Counted from the first letter of the stretch, positions 7,746 through 18,464 are shown. The stretch: DNA of 53,388 bases from a virus (IMGVR_UViG_3300015245_000011:1-53388), one strand, 5' to 3'. Program-made: numbers and translations. The notes: a model not told the origin generated them from the letters alone.

Positions 7746-10142
7746 TCAGTACGCCGTGGCCATACACGACAGAATATCGCTCGCCGTCCAGGCAGCCGCT
7801 GTCCCTGCTGCCGCAAAGTTCCCAATCGTGGCGGTCGTGGCGCTGGTGGCCGTTTGTTTGGTCGTAAAGACCGTAGCACTGGTAGTGGTATTATCGGTAC
7901 ATTGAACAGCCCAGCCGACGTTGGCGGTGGGCAGACCAATCACCCCGCTGGTAGCGCTTCCTCCTGTGCCAACGTTGATCGTAAAACTGCACGTGCCATT
8001 GTTGTTGGGAATCGAGGGCGAGCTGCCAAAGCCTGAGGAGATCGTGGGGGCGACGGCTGAGCACAGGGCCTTCCCCGCCATACGCAGCACACTCGTACTA
8101 CTCACGTTCAGATCCCCGACCAGATTGAGATGGTTCCCCAGATTCGCCAGGCCCACCACACTGATGTCGCCTGTCGCGGTCATATTGCCCGCACTATAGA
8201 GATCACCGGCATACAGCACACTACTGCTGCGGTCCCGGTTAGCGAGGTACTGGCCACTGAGCCCAATGAGATCGACGTCGCCCGCGACCCGTACCTTGGC
8301 CACATTGGCGTAGCGTACGGCCGTTGCGGCTGAGCCCGCAAAATAGGCGTAGCCATTGACATATGGCGCCATCCCATTGGCAAAACCCATCGAGGAGCCC
8401 GTCGTGAGATTGGACGCCGTCCAGGTCCCCAGCGTGCCGTCCGCATTGAGACTGGCGTATTCAATGGAGGCAATGACAGTGCCCGCCGTATTGTTGCCGC
8501 CGACCCGGTAGATAGTGCCATTGGCGACGTAGGCCGCAAACTCAGACGCCACCACCGTCATACTGGTTGAGGTCGCAAACACCCCAGGCGCCCCCGAGGT
8601 CCCAAGGAGACTTTTGCGGGTAGTGGCAATCTCATTGGTATAGGTATTGTCCACTTTGCCACCGATATAGTAGAGATAGCCATTGGCGCTAAAGGCCGCG
8701 CCATCGGCCACGGAGATATCCAGGGCATTGCTGGAGGTGGTCCAGGAGCTTAACGTGCCGTTGGCGTTCACCGTCGCATAGTAGACCGTCGCCACGGCAG
8801 CGCCGGCGGTGGTAAAGCCCCCGAGCACATAGATGGTGCCATTGGTATAGACTGCCTGGGCATCATAGAGCGCTACCGGCAAGGCCGTCGTCGTCGCCCA
8901 AGTCCCGACGGTGCCGTCCGCATTGGGCTTGCTGTAGTAAACCGTGGTGGCAGCCGTATTGATGTTACTGGTAAGATGCCCGCCGAGGATATACAGCATG
9001 CCGTTGGCCACCACGCCAGCACTCCCCGAGCGGGCCAGTGGCAGGGTATTCGTCCCTTCGACCGTCCACGACGCGATCGTGCCATTGGCAGCAATCTTGC
9101 CAATTTCAATGGCGGTGGTAGGCGTTACGCCATCAGAGCCTTTGCCACCAATGGAATAGAGATAGCCGGCGTGGGTGAGGACCCGGGCATGGCGCACGAC
9201 GGCATTGAGCACCGTCGTGGTGGTAAAGCTGGCCTGAAAATCGGCGTTCTGGGCGTTGTTAAACGTCGCACTGGGGCCAAAGAACCGGGCACTTTCAACG
9301 CTGGTATTATCGGTTGTTGACGTGGCGGCGGTGCCGGGATAACTAAAGATCGTGACCAGGCCCGTTCCCGTCCCCGTACTAATGCCCGGTCCTATCGCCA
9401 ACTGGCCCCCGTTCTTGTTGGTCGCCCCGCTGGTGGCACCGCCCGCTTGCAGCGTCAGGGCGCTGCCCGCCGTGTTACTCGTGGTAAAGCGCTCGAGGGC
9501 CACGGTGCGTGCCGCATCGCCGCCCAGACTGAAGGCCGAAGACGGAGCGGTAGTCAGAATGCCCACGCGGTGATTGGTGGCATCAACAATGAGCGTGCTG
9601 GTGTCGACTACGACGGTATTGCCGGAGGCGCCGGTGAGCGTCAGGCTGGTTAGTGACGGGGTGGCTGTGTACGCGGGAAGCGTGCCCGTACCTGCCGAGG
9701 CCAGCACCGACCCTGTGGCGACGGCGGCGACCTTACTCAGCGCCGTTGTGGTACTGGCGGCGAGCAGATCCCCAATGGCATACGACGCAAAGCCCGTACC
9801 GCCGCTGGTGGCTGGTAAGGGCGTGGTGAGGACGAGGGCACCCAATGTGGCGGTGTCCGTGGCTTTGACGTACGTGAAACCGGCATCGGCCCCTAAGACG
9901 CCGCTGTCATTAAAAATCACTTGCGTATTTGAGCCTGGCGATGGCACGCTTGCCCCTGAGACGCAGCCAAAACTATTGGTGGAGCGGGTGTACGTCAGGC
10001 CCTGCGTGGGGCAGTTACTGAGCGGCAGGTGATAGACGCCGCCCACGACATCAGTCACATCGACAAAGGTATCTTGGGCCAGGACGGGAACGGTAAGTAC
10101 GAGGAGACAGAACCACAGCAATACAACAACCCATCGTTTCAT
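7746..10142 (-). CDS. fibre/receptor-binding-like protein with signal peptide and six-blade Kelch propeller
   Basis: MKRWVVVLLWFCLLVLTVPVLA; GGTG..SYAIGDLL fibre motifs; blades YLYSIGG, MLYILGG, TIYVLGG, YLYYIGG, TIYRVGG, YAYFAG; SD GGAG. Confidence 0.75.
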   Translation of the reverse strand: MKRWVVVLLWFCLLVLTVPVLAQDTFVDVTDVVGGVYHLPLSNCPTQGLTYTRSTNSFGCVSGASVPSPGSNTQVIFNDSGVLGADAGFTYVKATDTATLGALVLTTPLPATSGGTGFASYAIGDLLAASTTTALSKVAAVATGSVLASAGTGTLPAYTATPSLTSLTLTGASGNTVVVDTSTLIVDATNHRVGILTTAPSSAFSLGGDAARTVALERFTTSNTAGSALTLQAGGATSGATNKNGGQLAIGPGISTGTGTGLVTIFSYPGTAATSTTDNTSVESARFFGPSATFNNAQNADFQASFTTTTVLNAVVRHARVLTHAGYLYSIGGKGSDGVTPTTAIEIGKIAANGTIASWTVEGTNTLPLARSGSAGVVANGMLYILGGHLTSNINTAATTVYYSKPNADGTVGTWATTTALPVALYDAQAVYTNGTIYVLGGFTTAGAAVATVYYATVNANGTLSSWTTSSNALDISVADGAAFSANGYLYYIGGKVDNTYTNEIATTRKSLLGTSGAPGVFATSTSMTVVASEFAAYVANGTIYRVGGNNTAGTVIASIEYASLNADGTLGTWTASNLTTGSSMGFANGMAPYVNGYAYFAGSAATAVRYANVAKVRVAGDVDLIGLSGQYLANRDRSSSVLYAGDLYSAGNMTATGDISVVGLANLGNHLNLVGDLNVSSTSVLRMAGKALCSAVAPTISSGFGSSPSIPNNNGTCSFTINVGTGGSATSGVIGLPTANVGWAVQCTDNTTTSATVFTTKQTATSATTATIGNFAAAGTAAAWTASDILSCMATAY

Positions 10143-10237
10143 GCTACACTCCATAAGTGGCACCGGGTTCGAAACCGGGGCAGGGTTCATCGCCTGCCAG
10201 CCACATCCTCTGATGCCTTTGTGATGTAAGGAAGACC

Positions 10238-10792
10238 ATGTACAAACGCGACCTAGAAGCCGCCAAAGTCTACAATAAGAAATATCACCAGAATCATTAC
10301 GAGGAACATCTAAAACAGGGCGCCATCTACCGCGAAAATAATAGGGCACTCCTTGCTCAAAAGCAGCGAAAGTATTACGCGCTTCATAGAAAGGAAAGGC
10401 TGCTTAATACTAAAACCTATTTTAATACTCATAAAGATTTATGTCACCATCTCTCGAAACGCTATAAATCTCGCAAAAGACATGCACTACACGTTGATCT
10501 TAGTCTTCAGCAATGGGAAGAAATCCAAGCTGCCTATCATTACCGCTGTGTCTACTGCGATAAGAAACCACGCAAGCTCGAAATGGATCACATTACCCCA
10601 TTATCGAAGAATGGCAATCATACTGCCACAAATATTGTCCCCGCCTGCCGAAGCTGTAATGCCAAAAAGAGAGATAAAAAACCACTTGTTCCTGTTCAAC
10701 CAATTCTCCTCACCGTTGCTCAACCAAAACCTAGTCTCCTGGTTGTGGCAAAGGAGGTTGCTCCTTTTTCCACTGATACCCTTCAGAAGTAA
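10238..10792 (+). CDS. HNH endonuclease
   Basis: CVYC...EMDHITPLSKNGNHTATNIVPACRSCNAKK; basic N-terminus; AT-rich; antisense to flanking genes. Confidence 0.9.
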   Translation: MYKRDLEAAKVYNKKYHQNHYEEHLKQGAIYRENNRALLAQKQRKYYALHRKERLLNTKTYFNTHKDLCHHLSKRYKSRKRHALHVDLSLQQWEEIQAAYHYRCVYCDKKPRKLEMDHITPLSKNGNHTATNIVPACRSCNAKKRDKKPLVPVQPILLTVAQPKPSLLVVAKEVAPFSTDTLQK

Positions 10793-13700
10793 GGGCACCG
10801 GCGAGTGCTCCAAAGACTTTACCGGCCTGCGGACTATTCACTGGAGTATGCATTGCCTGTGTCAGCCATCGCACGATACGGGGATTCGTCAGTATTTCGG
10901 TTGTCACCTTAGCGCCTCCAACAGCCGTACCGAGTCCAACTGTCAATGCCCCAGCAATTTTTGAACCAAAAATGCGGGTCGAACCATCCGCTTCAAAGGT
11001 GACAATAAACGGAAAGTGGCGTGCCGCATAGGGGACTTCTCTCCCATGCTGCGCGAGGACCATGGCCGTTTCCCCCAGATGGTGTAACTCATCAAGCATA
11101 CGCGGATCAGGGAAGAGTTCTTTGGCCACATCGGGATTGCGGCGCAGCATGTTGACATGGTCAACCAGGCGACGCCCATCAATCATTCTGGTTCCTGGAT
11201 CAATGTGGAAAGCCGGGGCCAACGCATCATGTTGGACTGCTTCCCAGGCAATGGGGTCGTTGACCACCTGGCGGTACTTTTTGAGTAGCACCGGGTTATC
11301 AAGCACCGTGAGGGCCTGTTCCATGGCATCGGCTTTACGCAGCGCCGCTTTGAGCGGTTGCAGACTATTGCCGTAGAGAACTTGCTCAGCTGGTCCACGG
11401 ATGGCATGAATCCCATCAAGCGCTTTGCCAATGTCCAGGTTCCCCTGACGATCAGTGGCGCTGCGAAAGATATCAGAGAGCCGGAGTTCCCCAGCGGTTT
11501 TCCAGTAGGGACCAGCCTGGCGCTCAAGTTCCTTCAGCACAACCGGATCGTCAGTAGTCAGGGAGCGTTGCAGCGCTGACGCCTGCCTAAGACTTTGCTG
11601 GATGTTGGGAACCTGATTCCCTGACCACAAGACTTGCGCCATGCCCGTACTTTGGAGTTCCTGCATCTCTGTGAGGGCGGCATCGAAGTTGGTGACCCCT
11701 GTAACTGGATCGCGGTTGCGCTCAAGGAGCTGACTGAGACGAATGTCGCCAACTTGTTTGGCATCGATGGGGGTCATCTGCCTGGTAAGATCCTGGTAGA
11801 TCAGGGGATCAGTCGTGGTCAGAGCCTTTTCCATAGCGGCAGTGCGGTCGAGTTGCACTTTGAGTCGGTTAATCTGTCCCTGCGGAAAGAGCTCTGCTTC
11901 AGCAATAGGCGTAAGCGCCTGTAAACGTTCCTGGACTTTCGTAGGCGAGAGGACTTTCGTCACGGTATCTGTGCTGATGTTCTCCATACGGCGTAACCAC
12001 ATAAAACCGACTCTATCCATGAGCGTGTCACCCAGCACAAAGCGCAGGGCCTTCAAATCCTCTGGGCGTTCATTTTGTACGATATGGGTTAGGACGTCAT
12101 CAGGACTGGCTTTGGAGAGTTGCATCATCAACGGTGAGTTATAGAGCCGTGCTCCACGCTCATAGAGCGCTTGAGCATCGCGCAAGGGACGTTCAATACT
12201 TGGGTCAAGGACTCTGGCGGTTTTGAACAGTTCCCCTTCAAGATTCTTTTGGGCATTGCCCCACAGAAGTTCACGCAACCGTTCACCAGCTTCTGCTGGC
12301 TGATTGCCAATGTTCATTCCTGGATGACGCCTGAGTGCGTTCAGTTCAGAGAGAATTTGCTGGGCTTCATCGAACTGGACGAAGTTTGGTTTTTCAAGCA
12401 GGTTGCGTGCGATAAGGATATGGGGATCTTCCATCGCTGGCACACGACCCATGCGACCCTGGCCTTCCATCATCGCTTGGGGTACCTGGAGACCTTGCTC
12501 GTAGCCACCAAGAATAGTACGGGCTTCCTCCTTGAGCGGCTGCAGATTGACCATCCGCCCTTCAAGCATCTGGTTCATCTGCGTGAGCGTTTGTCCCAAC
12601 TCCGGGACCAGTTGGCGGTCGACGTAGATTGCTAATGGTTGGGTAGCATCGCCTTTGAGCTTCTGCGCTTCGTCAAGAATGGTGGTCAGACGCGTACGAA
12701 TATCAAACGCCATATCGGCAGTAATGGTGTCCGGAAGCATCGCTAGAGACTTTTTGATGTCTTCCAAGTCGTGAAAGATACTGAGGTTCTGGGTACCTGG
12801 CGGCGCAGGAGTGCGCTGCAAACTGCTTTTGAGTGCTCTGGCATCGACAGGCGATTGATTCACGACGTCGCGCAGATGCGCAAACGCTTTATTGGTTGCT
12901 TGTTGTTGCTGCTCAATAGCCTCAGGAACACGCCTGAGCACTTCTCTGGGAACATACTGTAAATCTTGATCTGTCCCCATAGAGAGATGCGGACGTAGCC
13001 GCGCCTGAGCGTCAAGTGTTGTCTGACGCCTGTTTGGCAAGATGGGACGCAGCGGCGCTTCTAAATCAAGCATCGAGCGTTCAACTGGTTGTGCAATATT
13101 TTGTTCTGGACTTCCGGATACAGCCCCGCCTCGAAAATGGGTCTGGTACTGCTGGAGTTCATTGTCAATAAGTTGTCGGGCTTTTTCTTTGATCTGTCTA
13201 AAACGTCCACCGCCAGGGAGATGTTCGAGCAGTTCAGACGTGCTCCGTAAAAAGGGACTCTTGGTGGTTACGCTGACTGGCGCCTGCCCACCAACACTTT
13301 CAAGAGTTTGCCTTACGGTTGTTCCCTGAGGTGTTTCAGCGACAGCGCGCCGCATCGCATTCACCGTGCCGCCAGCGCCAACTCCGGAAAGTTCACCGGT
13401 CGCCGTGAGAATGCCATGAAGTTCGGGATCATTGTAATGCTCGCTATCCAGAAAATTGGCAGCGCGTGCCGCAACGTCAGCGCTGAGCCCTGTGACAATT
13501 GCCTTATACACCGTAGGGCCAACCTGCTGCACAAAGTTCCAGAGACGCGAGCGACCCAGTTGTGTTGCCACGGGAATCGCTGCTGAGCCTCCAGGAATGG
13601 CAAGTGATATGGCAGTTGGTACCCCTACTTCGAGTTGCGCTCGTGCGCCACGACGGACTCTATCACGCATTTGTTCATCAGACTCACCGGGTACTTGCTC

Positions 13701-13991
13701 TGGAATGTTTGTGCCGGCATAACTGCCCATCCCGCGCTTGAGTGCCCCAGGAATTTGCTTGAGTAGACGCTGATACCAGGGAGAAGTATCGCGTGGATCA
13801 TCAAGTGTTGCTCCTGTCAACCTTGGTCCCTGTAAAGTCTGCGGTGTTGCCTTCGGTGTTGTCTGCGGCGTTGTCTGTACGGATGGCGGAGGGCCAATAA
13901 GCTTATCGGTTTTTGCCCGGTCCCCTGGCGAATACGTTTCGTAGTCACGCCAGATGTCTGCTTTCTCTTCATCGGTATACGTACGCGGCAT
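10731..13991 (-). CDS. large internal virion / DNA-ejection protein
   Basis: 1086 aa, helical, third of three large genes after the tail genes as in podoviruses; C-terminal internal repeats. Confidence 0.6.
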   Translation of the reverse strand: MPRTYTDEEKADIWRDYETYSPGDRAKTDKLIGPPPSVQTTPQTTPKATPQTLQGPRLTGATLDDPRDTSPWYQRLLKQIPGALKRGMGSYAGTNIPEQVPGESDEQMRDRVRRGARAQLEVGVPTAISLAIPGGSAAIPVATQLGRSRLWNFVQQVGPTVYKAIVTGLSADVAARAANFLDSEHYNDPELHGILTATGELSGVGAGGTVNAMRRAVAETPQGTTVRQTLESVGGQAPVSVTTKSPFLRSTSELLEHLPGGGRFRQIKEKARQLIDNELQQYQTHFRGGAVSGSPEQNIAQPVERSMLDLEAPLRPILPNRRQTTLDAQARLRPHLSMGTDQDLQYVPREVLRRVPEAIEQQQQATNKAFAHLRDVVNQSPVDARALKSSLQRTPAPPGTQNLSIFHDLEDIKKSLAMLPDTITADMAFDIRTRLTTILDEAQKLKGDATQPLAIYVDRQLVPELGQTLTQMNQMLEGRMVNLQPLKEEARTILGGYEQGLQVPQAMMEGQGRMGRVPAMEDPHILIARNLLEKPNFVQFDEAQQILSELNALRRHPGMNIGNQPAEAGERLRELLWGNAQKNLEGELFKTARVLDPSIERPLRDAQALYERGARLYNSPLMMQLSKASPDDVLTHIVQNERPEDLKALRFVLGDTLMDRVGFMWLRRMENISTDTVTKVLSPTKVQERLQALTPIAEAELFPQGQINRLKVQLDRTAAMEKALTTTDPLIYQDLTRQMTPIDAKQVGDIRLSQLLERNRDPVTGVTNFDAALTEMQELQSTGMAQVLWSGNQVPNIQQSLRQASALQRSLTTDDPVVLKELERQAGPYWKTAGELRLSDIFRSATDRQGNLDIGKALDGIHAIRGPAEQVLYGNSLQPLKAALRKADAMEQALTVLDNPVLLKKYRQVVNDPIAWEAVQHDALAPAFHIDPGTRMIDGRRLVDHVNMLRRNPDVAKELFPDPRMLDELHHLGETAMVLAQHGREVPYAARHFPFIVTFEADGSTRIFGSKIAGALTVGLGTAVGGAKVTTEILTNPRIVRWLTQAMHTPVNSPQAGKVFGALAGALTSEGYQWKKEQPPLPQPGD

Positions 13992-15856
13992 TAGTTTGCC
14001 TCATCCGATTCATCGAGTAATTCCTTGCCCGTGCGCGGTTGCACATCTTCTCCTGGTTCACTGCCAAAATAAAAGTCTTTCTCGGGTTTACGGGTTTTGG
14101 GATTAATCCCTTTGAGCATGAGCGCTTTCTCAACAACGGCCTTTTCTGGTCGCAAATAGCTGGTTTGTAACGCCACCAGCTTTTCCCGCACGGCCGAAGG
14201 ACTGGTGGTCCAGGCGACCGGGTCAAAGAGTTCGTTGGCCAGTTTGATATCGGCAACTGCGACCGTTTTTGCGCCGGCTGAGGCGCCTTTTTTAATAGCG
14301 CTGGCATGCAGATAGGCGAGGACCGCTGCCAAGACACGCACCGTTGGGGCGCCAGGATTCATCATGTCCTGCGCGGCTTGTGGGTTTTCTGCCAGCACCT
14401 GGTTAATATCCCCGCGGGTTTTGGCCAGATCGATCACGCGTCTGGTGGCATCGACCGCTTGCGTCAGCGTCTTTTTATCGTTGGGGTCTTTGTAAGCGCC
14501 AATGGCTGACGCGGCGGTTTGCCAGGCATTGTTGAGAAAGCCGCCGATACCGACACTGCGCCAGTTGAGCAGCGGATAAATATCTCCAGACACCTTTTCC
14601 GCCATCTCAATCGCATCCAGGGCCGCAATCTGCGGTTCCGCTTCTTTGACGCGGCGCTGAAACAGCGGCTCTTGCTTCCTGGCATCCAGGTAGTCCTGGA
14701 TTTTCGTAAAGTTGGCATCGTCCATGGTCGCAAGATCGCTGGATGGAATAACCCCTCGCGTATGTAACCGCCTGGCCACGGCGACTTCGTCATGCGTAAA
14801 CGGCGGTAAGCCTTTGGCGCGACGTTCTGCGGCAATGGTATCAGCGATACGTTTCGGTGTCGGGCCGGAGCCAGGCTGGGTTGGCACCGCTGGCACCGCG
14901 CCAGCATTCCTGTTACGGTACGCCTGATCGTGCTGTGGCGTTGAGGTGGCCGTGGGAGGGGCTGGACTTGCTGGCGGCGGCGCGTCAACCGCTTCTGCCT
15001 GGTTGGGATACGCTCGCAGGAAACCACGCAGCGCTGCCATCGTTTTGAGTTGGAGCGCTTGCGGATCATCCGTGAGCATCCCATCCATGACCTGTTTGCC
15101 GTAGACTTCGCCTGTTTTGGTAAAGTAGTCTTGATACGAGCGCTCAAGGGCTGGCACGGGTGCCGCCTGTCCTGGAGGCCCGCTAGCGGCCCGTGGTGCC
15201 ACGCGCTGCGGTGCGGGTTGTGCAGGGGCTGTACTCCCTGGTGCAGGCTGTGGCGGAGCCACAGGAGGGGTTTGCGGTGGTGTCTGGCCTGTGGCGCCTG
15301 GCAGCGGCGCATTGAAGGGGTAATAGCCACCCTCGGCACTGCCACGGACCGAACGGTTGACGATAATCTGCATCAACTGCGTATCTTCCGGTGCGGGATC
15401 TTCGCCACGTTCTAGTGCCCCAAAGTAGCGCCGCATGGATTGCAGTTGTGCGGTATCTTTGATGCCCGCCGTTTTCTTGAGTTCACCCTCGGCCGCAGCG
15501 GCCAACATGGGATTGCTCTTATCAGCGGCCATGACTGAGAGACTGCGCAGCTTGCGGATATAGGCGGTTTCTCCCATACCGCCAAGCGTCGCCGACTGCG
15601 CATCGTACTCGTACTTCCTGGTCTGAGGATTGAAGATATACGAGCCGTGCGCGCCAGCAGAAATAGGCTTGGGCCGCTCCAACTCTTCGCGGGTTTTCTG
15701 AATACGCAGCCGCGCCTCTTCCAATGTCAGGGGCCGCATGGCCCGCCGCTGCTGCAACTCCTCGTCTTTGTCGATCAGCTCGGGGACAGCTTGCAAACCT
15801 TCGGCCGTGGCGGTAAGGGCTGGCCCAAGGACTTTGAGAGCAGTGGGGAAAGCCAC
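13991..15856 (-). CDS. internal virion / DNA-ejection protein
   Basis: 621 aa, Pro/Ala-rich linkers; synteny. Confidence 0.55.
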   Translation of the reverse strand: MAFPTALKVLGPALTATAEGLQAVPELIDKDEELQQRRAMRPLTLEEARLRIQKTREELERPKPISAGAHGSYIFNPQTRKYEYDAQSATLGGMGETAYIRKLRSLSVMAADKSNPMLAAAAEGELKKTAGIKDTAQLQSMRRYFGALERGEDPAPEDTQLMQIIVNRSVRGSAEGGYYPFNAPLPGATGQTPPQTPPVAPPQPAPGSTAPAQPAPQRVAPRAASGPPGQAAPVPALERSYQDYFTKTGEVYGKQVMDGMLTDDPQALQLKTMAALRGFLRAYPNQAEAVDAPPPASPAPPTATSTPQHDQAYRNRNAGAVPAVPTQPGSGPTPKRIADTIAAERRAKGLPPFTHDEVAVARRLHTRGVIPSSDLATMDDANFTKIQDYLDARKQEPLFQRRVKEAEPQIAALDAIEMAEKVSGDIYPLLNWRSVGIGGFLNNAWQTAASAIGAYKDPNDKKTLTQAVDATRRVIDLAKTRGDINQVLAENPQAAQDMMNPGAPTVRVLAAVLAYLHASAIKKGASAGAKTVAVADIKLANELFDPVAWTTSPSAVREKLVALQTSYLRPEKAVVEKALMLKGINPKTRKPEKDFYFGSEPGEDVQPRTGKELLDESDEAN

Positions 15857-16089
15857 TAGTCCTCTCCTCTCTTTTCGAGGATGACCGCCTCGCCGCCATC
15901 CTCATGCCAGGGAAACAGCGGAAAACGCGTGGCATCGTCAGGCGGGCGATACTCCGGAAGAAAGCGCTGCGTTACTTCGAGGAAGGCTTCCGGGGTCACA
16001 GCGCACACCCCCAGAAAACTCCGCGCGTGGCAGTAGTGATAGATTTCCCGCAGCGTCAGGGGCGTAATCTCTTGAGTCGTGATACGCAT
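15856..16089 (-). CDS. hypothetical protein
   Basis: Stop overlaps the start of the next gene. Confidence 0.5.
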   Translation of the reverse strand: MRITTQEITPLTLREIYHYCHARSFLGVCAVTPEAFLEVTQRFLPEYRPPDDATRFPLFPWHEDGGEAVILEKRGED

Positions 16090-16125
16090 ATGTCCTGAAA
16101 CCCATAGAGTGATTAGATGACATTT

Positions 16126-17826
16126 TTACTCTAAGCCATAATCATACGCGTAAGCGGCTGCGGGGGGCCCTCCGCCAGTATCGCCGCCTCCAAACGATTT
16201 GATAAAGTCGGTGTTGTATTGCTGCCCCAGGGCATCGGTCGACGTCCCTACGTCAGGATTTTGTCCTCCCCCTCCGCCCCCAAAGAGTTTGCTCAGCAGT
16301 CCCACGGCCCCTGGACTCGTCGCCGCGCCGCCAAACAGCAGTTTGCCCAGTTGGGCGACCTGGTCAGAGAGACCTTTGTAGGCGCCAGACTGATCCGCCT
16401 GCGGACCACCTGAAGCGCCAGGCACGTACTGGTCAGGTTTGGGGAGTTGGGCGGGAAACGGCGGCTGTGGCGGATCGGGACTATACGGGCCTCTGAGCGG
16501 ATTATAGGCACTCAGTGCTTGTCCCTGGCTACTTAAGAAATGCTGCATCGCCTGTTGCTGCAACTGGTTATAGTACGGCGCCATGGCATCGGCCGTGGCT
16601 CTGGACGCGGCGCCGCCGTCTGACTGTCCGCGCATCGCCAGATCACGTTGCACGCCACGGAGCAGGTTATCGGTCATGCCCTGACTCATCGGCTGGTAGA
16701 GTTGCTGGGCGCCAGCGGCGACCTGTGCCGGGTCACTGAGGCGCCCGGCCACGCCGGCCCGGCCTTCATTCGCCGTAGCGGCATTGGCTCTATCCGTGGC
16801 TGTTTGCCCCGTTTGTTCCTGAAACGCTTGCTGCTGCTGCTGCTGGTAGTGTTGGAGCAGGGCTTGATACATCTGGGCGTACTGCGTTTGCTGCTGAAAG
16901 TTGCCCTGGGACTGGTTATAGAGCGTCTCGAGACGCTTCAGGACTTCAGGCATGGCGGCGAGACTCAAGGCAGACCCGGTCAGACCGACACCGCTGGTCA
17001 GCAGTGGGCCAAGCGTATTGATCCAATCCATGGTGCCGGTGCCGCCTGTATCTGTACCGCCTGTACTTTCCGCCATACCCCGTCCTCCACTGTCTTGTAA
17101 GGTATCACCGCCCGTGCTGCCTCCCAGTGCCTCTTCCCCCGCCCCACCGGCAAACGAGCCCGCCGTCCCGAGCCCTGGAATCCCCGTATAGGCGCTTGCC
17201 ACGGAGCCAAGGAATCCCCCTGCCGAAGCACCACCAGGATTTTGCGCCAGGTTGCGGGCACTGTTGAGCAGCGAGGCCCCCTGCAAGGCCTGCTGTCCGG
17301 TAATGCCGGTGCCAAAGAGGCCTTCGCCGGTCGAAAAGGTACTGGCGGGCAAGGCCCCAAACGTGCCGCCTTCCAGTTCTGGCGCCAGGGCTGCCCCGGT
17401 AGCAGCACCCGTTTCTCCGACGCCGGCGCCCGCCCCAGCCGCCGCGGCTCCCGGCGCCAGAGCGACACCGCCGGCAAAGGCAGCGGCTGCCAGCGCCGCA
17501 AAGAGATACGGATCGTTTTCCACAAAGCCAAAGAACCCGCCCGTGCGATCATCGTGCACGTTCCACTTGCCACTTGCCGGGTCATAGTTTTGGTACACGC
17601 CGGACGGCACCAGGGAGGGCGGCGCTGGGGTGGGACGTGTCTGCCCGCTCTGCGGGTCCTGGTAGGTCCCAAAAAACCCCGGTTGGCCTTTGCCCCAGTT
17701 ATACCAGTCCTCAGGGGTGAGCAGCGTCGGCGCACGGTTGGCGATGTCAAACCAGTCTTTGCCCAGCGCGCCATAGGGATCGCCGTAGGTGCCACTGTCG
17801 CCGCCGTCATCCCCCATCGTAGTCAC
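16126..17826 (-). CDS. internal virion / pilot-like protein
   Basis: Gly/Ala-rich hydrophobic stretches and a Gln-rich coil, typical of ejection proteins. Confidence 0.55.
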   Translation of the reverse strand: MTTMGDDGGDSGTYGDPYGALGKDWFDIANRAPTLLTPEDWYNWGKGQPGFFGTYQDPQSGQTRPTPAPPSLVPSGVYQNYDPASGKWNVHDDRTGGFFGFVENDPYLFAALAAAAFAGGVALAPGAAAAGAGAGVGETGAATGAALAPELEGGTFGALPASTFSTGEGLFGTGITGQQALQGASLLNSARNLAQNPGGASAGGFLGSVASAYTGIPGLGTAGSFAGGAGEEALGGSTGGDTLQDSGGRGMAESTGGTDTGGTGTMDWINTLGPLLTSGVGLTGSALSLAAMPEVLKRLETLYNQSQGNFQQQTQYAQMYQALLQHYQQQQQQAFQEQTGQTATDRANAATANEGRAGVAGRLSDPAQVAAGAQQLYQPMSQGMTDNLLRGVQRDLAMRGQSDGGAASRATADAMAPYYNQLQQQAMQHFLSSQGQALSAYNPLRGPYSPDPPQPPFPAQLPKPDQYVPGASGGPQADQSGAYKGLSDQVAQLGKLLFGGAATSPGAVGLLSKLFGGGGGGQNPDVGTSTDALGQQYNTDFIKSFGGGDTGGGPPAAAYAYDYGLE

Positions 17827-17831
17827 CCGCC

Positions 17832-18455
17832 TCAGAGAGCCGCGTCAAGAGCATACACCACCTCAATCCGCGCCTCGCCGGTCGCCGCAAACACGCCACC
17901 AATCGCAGAGAGCACGACGGCCGTCGCTGCCGCATAGATCGGCTGGTTGCCGGAGTGAAACGCACTCTGGCCCGTAACCGCATTTAGGGCCACGCCATTG
18001 GTGCCCCACAGATCAATCGTGCTGCCGTCGCCGATGGTGTACCCCGTCAGTCCAGAACCCGTGCCAAAGGCGATCGTGTTGGTGACGAAGACCCCACTGA
18101 CGCGAGCCCCAGCGGGAATGGCATCCGTCGCACTGAGGATAGCGGCCGCATTGATTGACGACACCACCACCGTATGCCTGAGCAGTGGTGCCCCAATGGT
18201 CCAGTTGTTGAGGTCCTGGAAGGTGTACCCATCCTTGTCAAAATCCAGGTCGTAGGTGCCTTCTTCCACGTAGAAGTCCGCCGTGCCGTAGGTCGCGTTG
18301 TTCACAAAGGGATTGGCTTTCGGGACGGCGCCGGCCGCGTCATCAAATAACAGTGCGAGGGTGGCCGTGCCGGCAATCGTGACGGTGACGGTGACTCCCG
18401 TCACAATAGCCCCTGCGGTGGTTTGCAGGACGCGATTAAAATGCCGAATGGACAT
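17832..18455 (-). CDS. virion structural protein with tailspike head-binding-like N-terminus
   Basis: GVTVTVTIAGT...LFDD...ANPF...GTADFYVEEGTYDL resembles fibre/spike attachment domains. Confidence 0.5.
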   Translation of the reverse strand: MSIRHFNRVLQTTAGAIVTGVTVTVTIAGTATLALLFDDAAGAVPKANPFVNNATYGTADFYVEEGTYDLDFDKDGYTFQDLNNWTIGAPLLRHTVVVSSINAAAILSATDAIPAGARVSGVFVTNTIAFGTGSGLTGYTIGDGSTIDLWGTNGVALNAVTGQSAFHSGNQPIYAAATAVVLSAIGGVFAATGEARIEVVYALDAAL

Positions 18456-18464
18456 GGCGTGTTC

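Noticed and set aside
10159-10178. tRNA T-arm-like GGTTCGAAAC (tRNA or attP)
   Set aside because: The stem register does not fit a T-arm, there is no cloverleaf and no integrase
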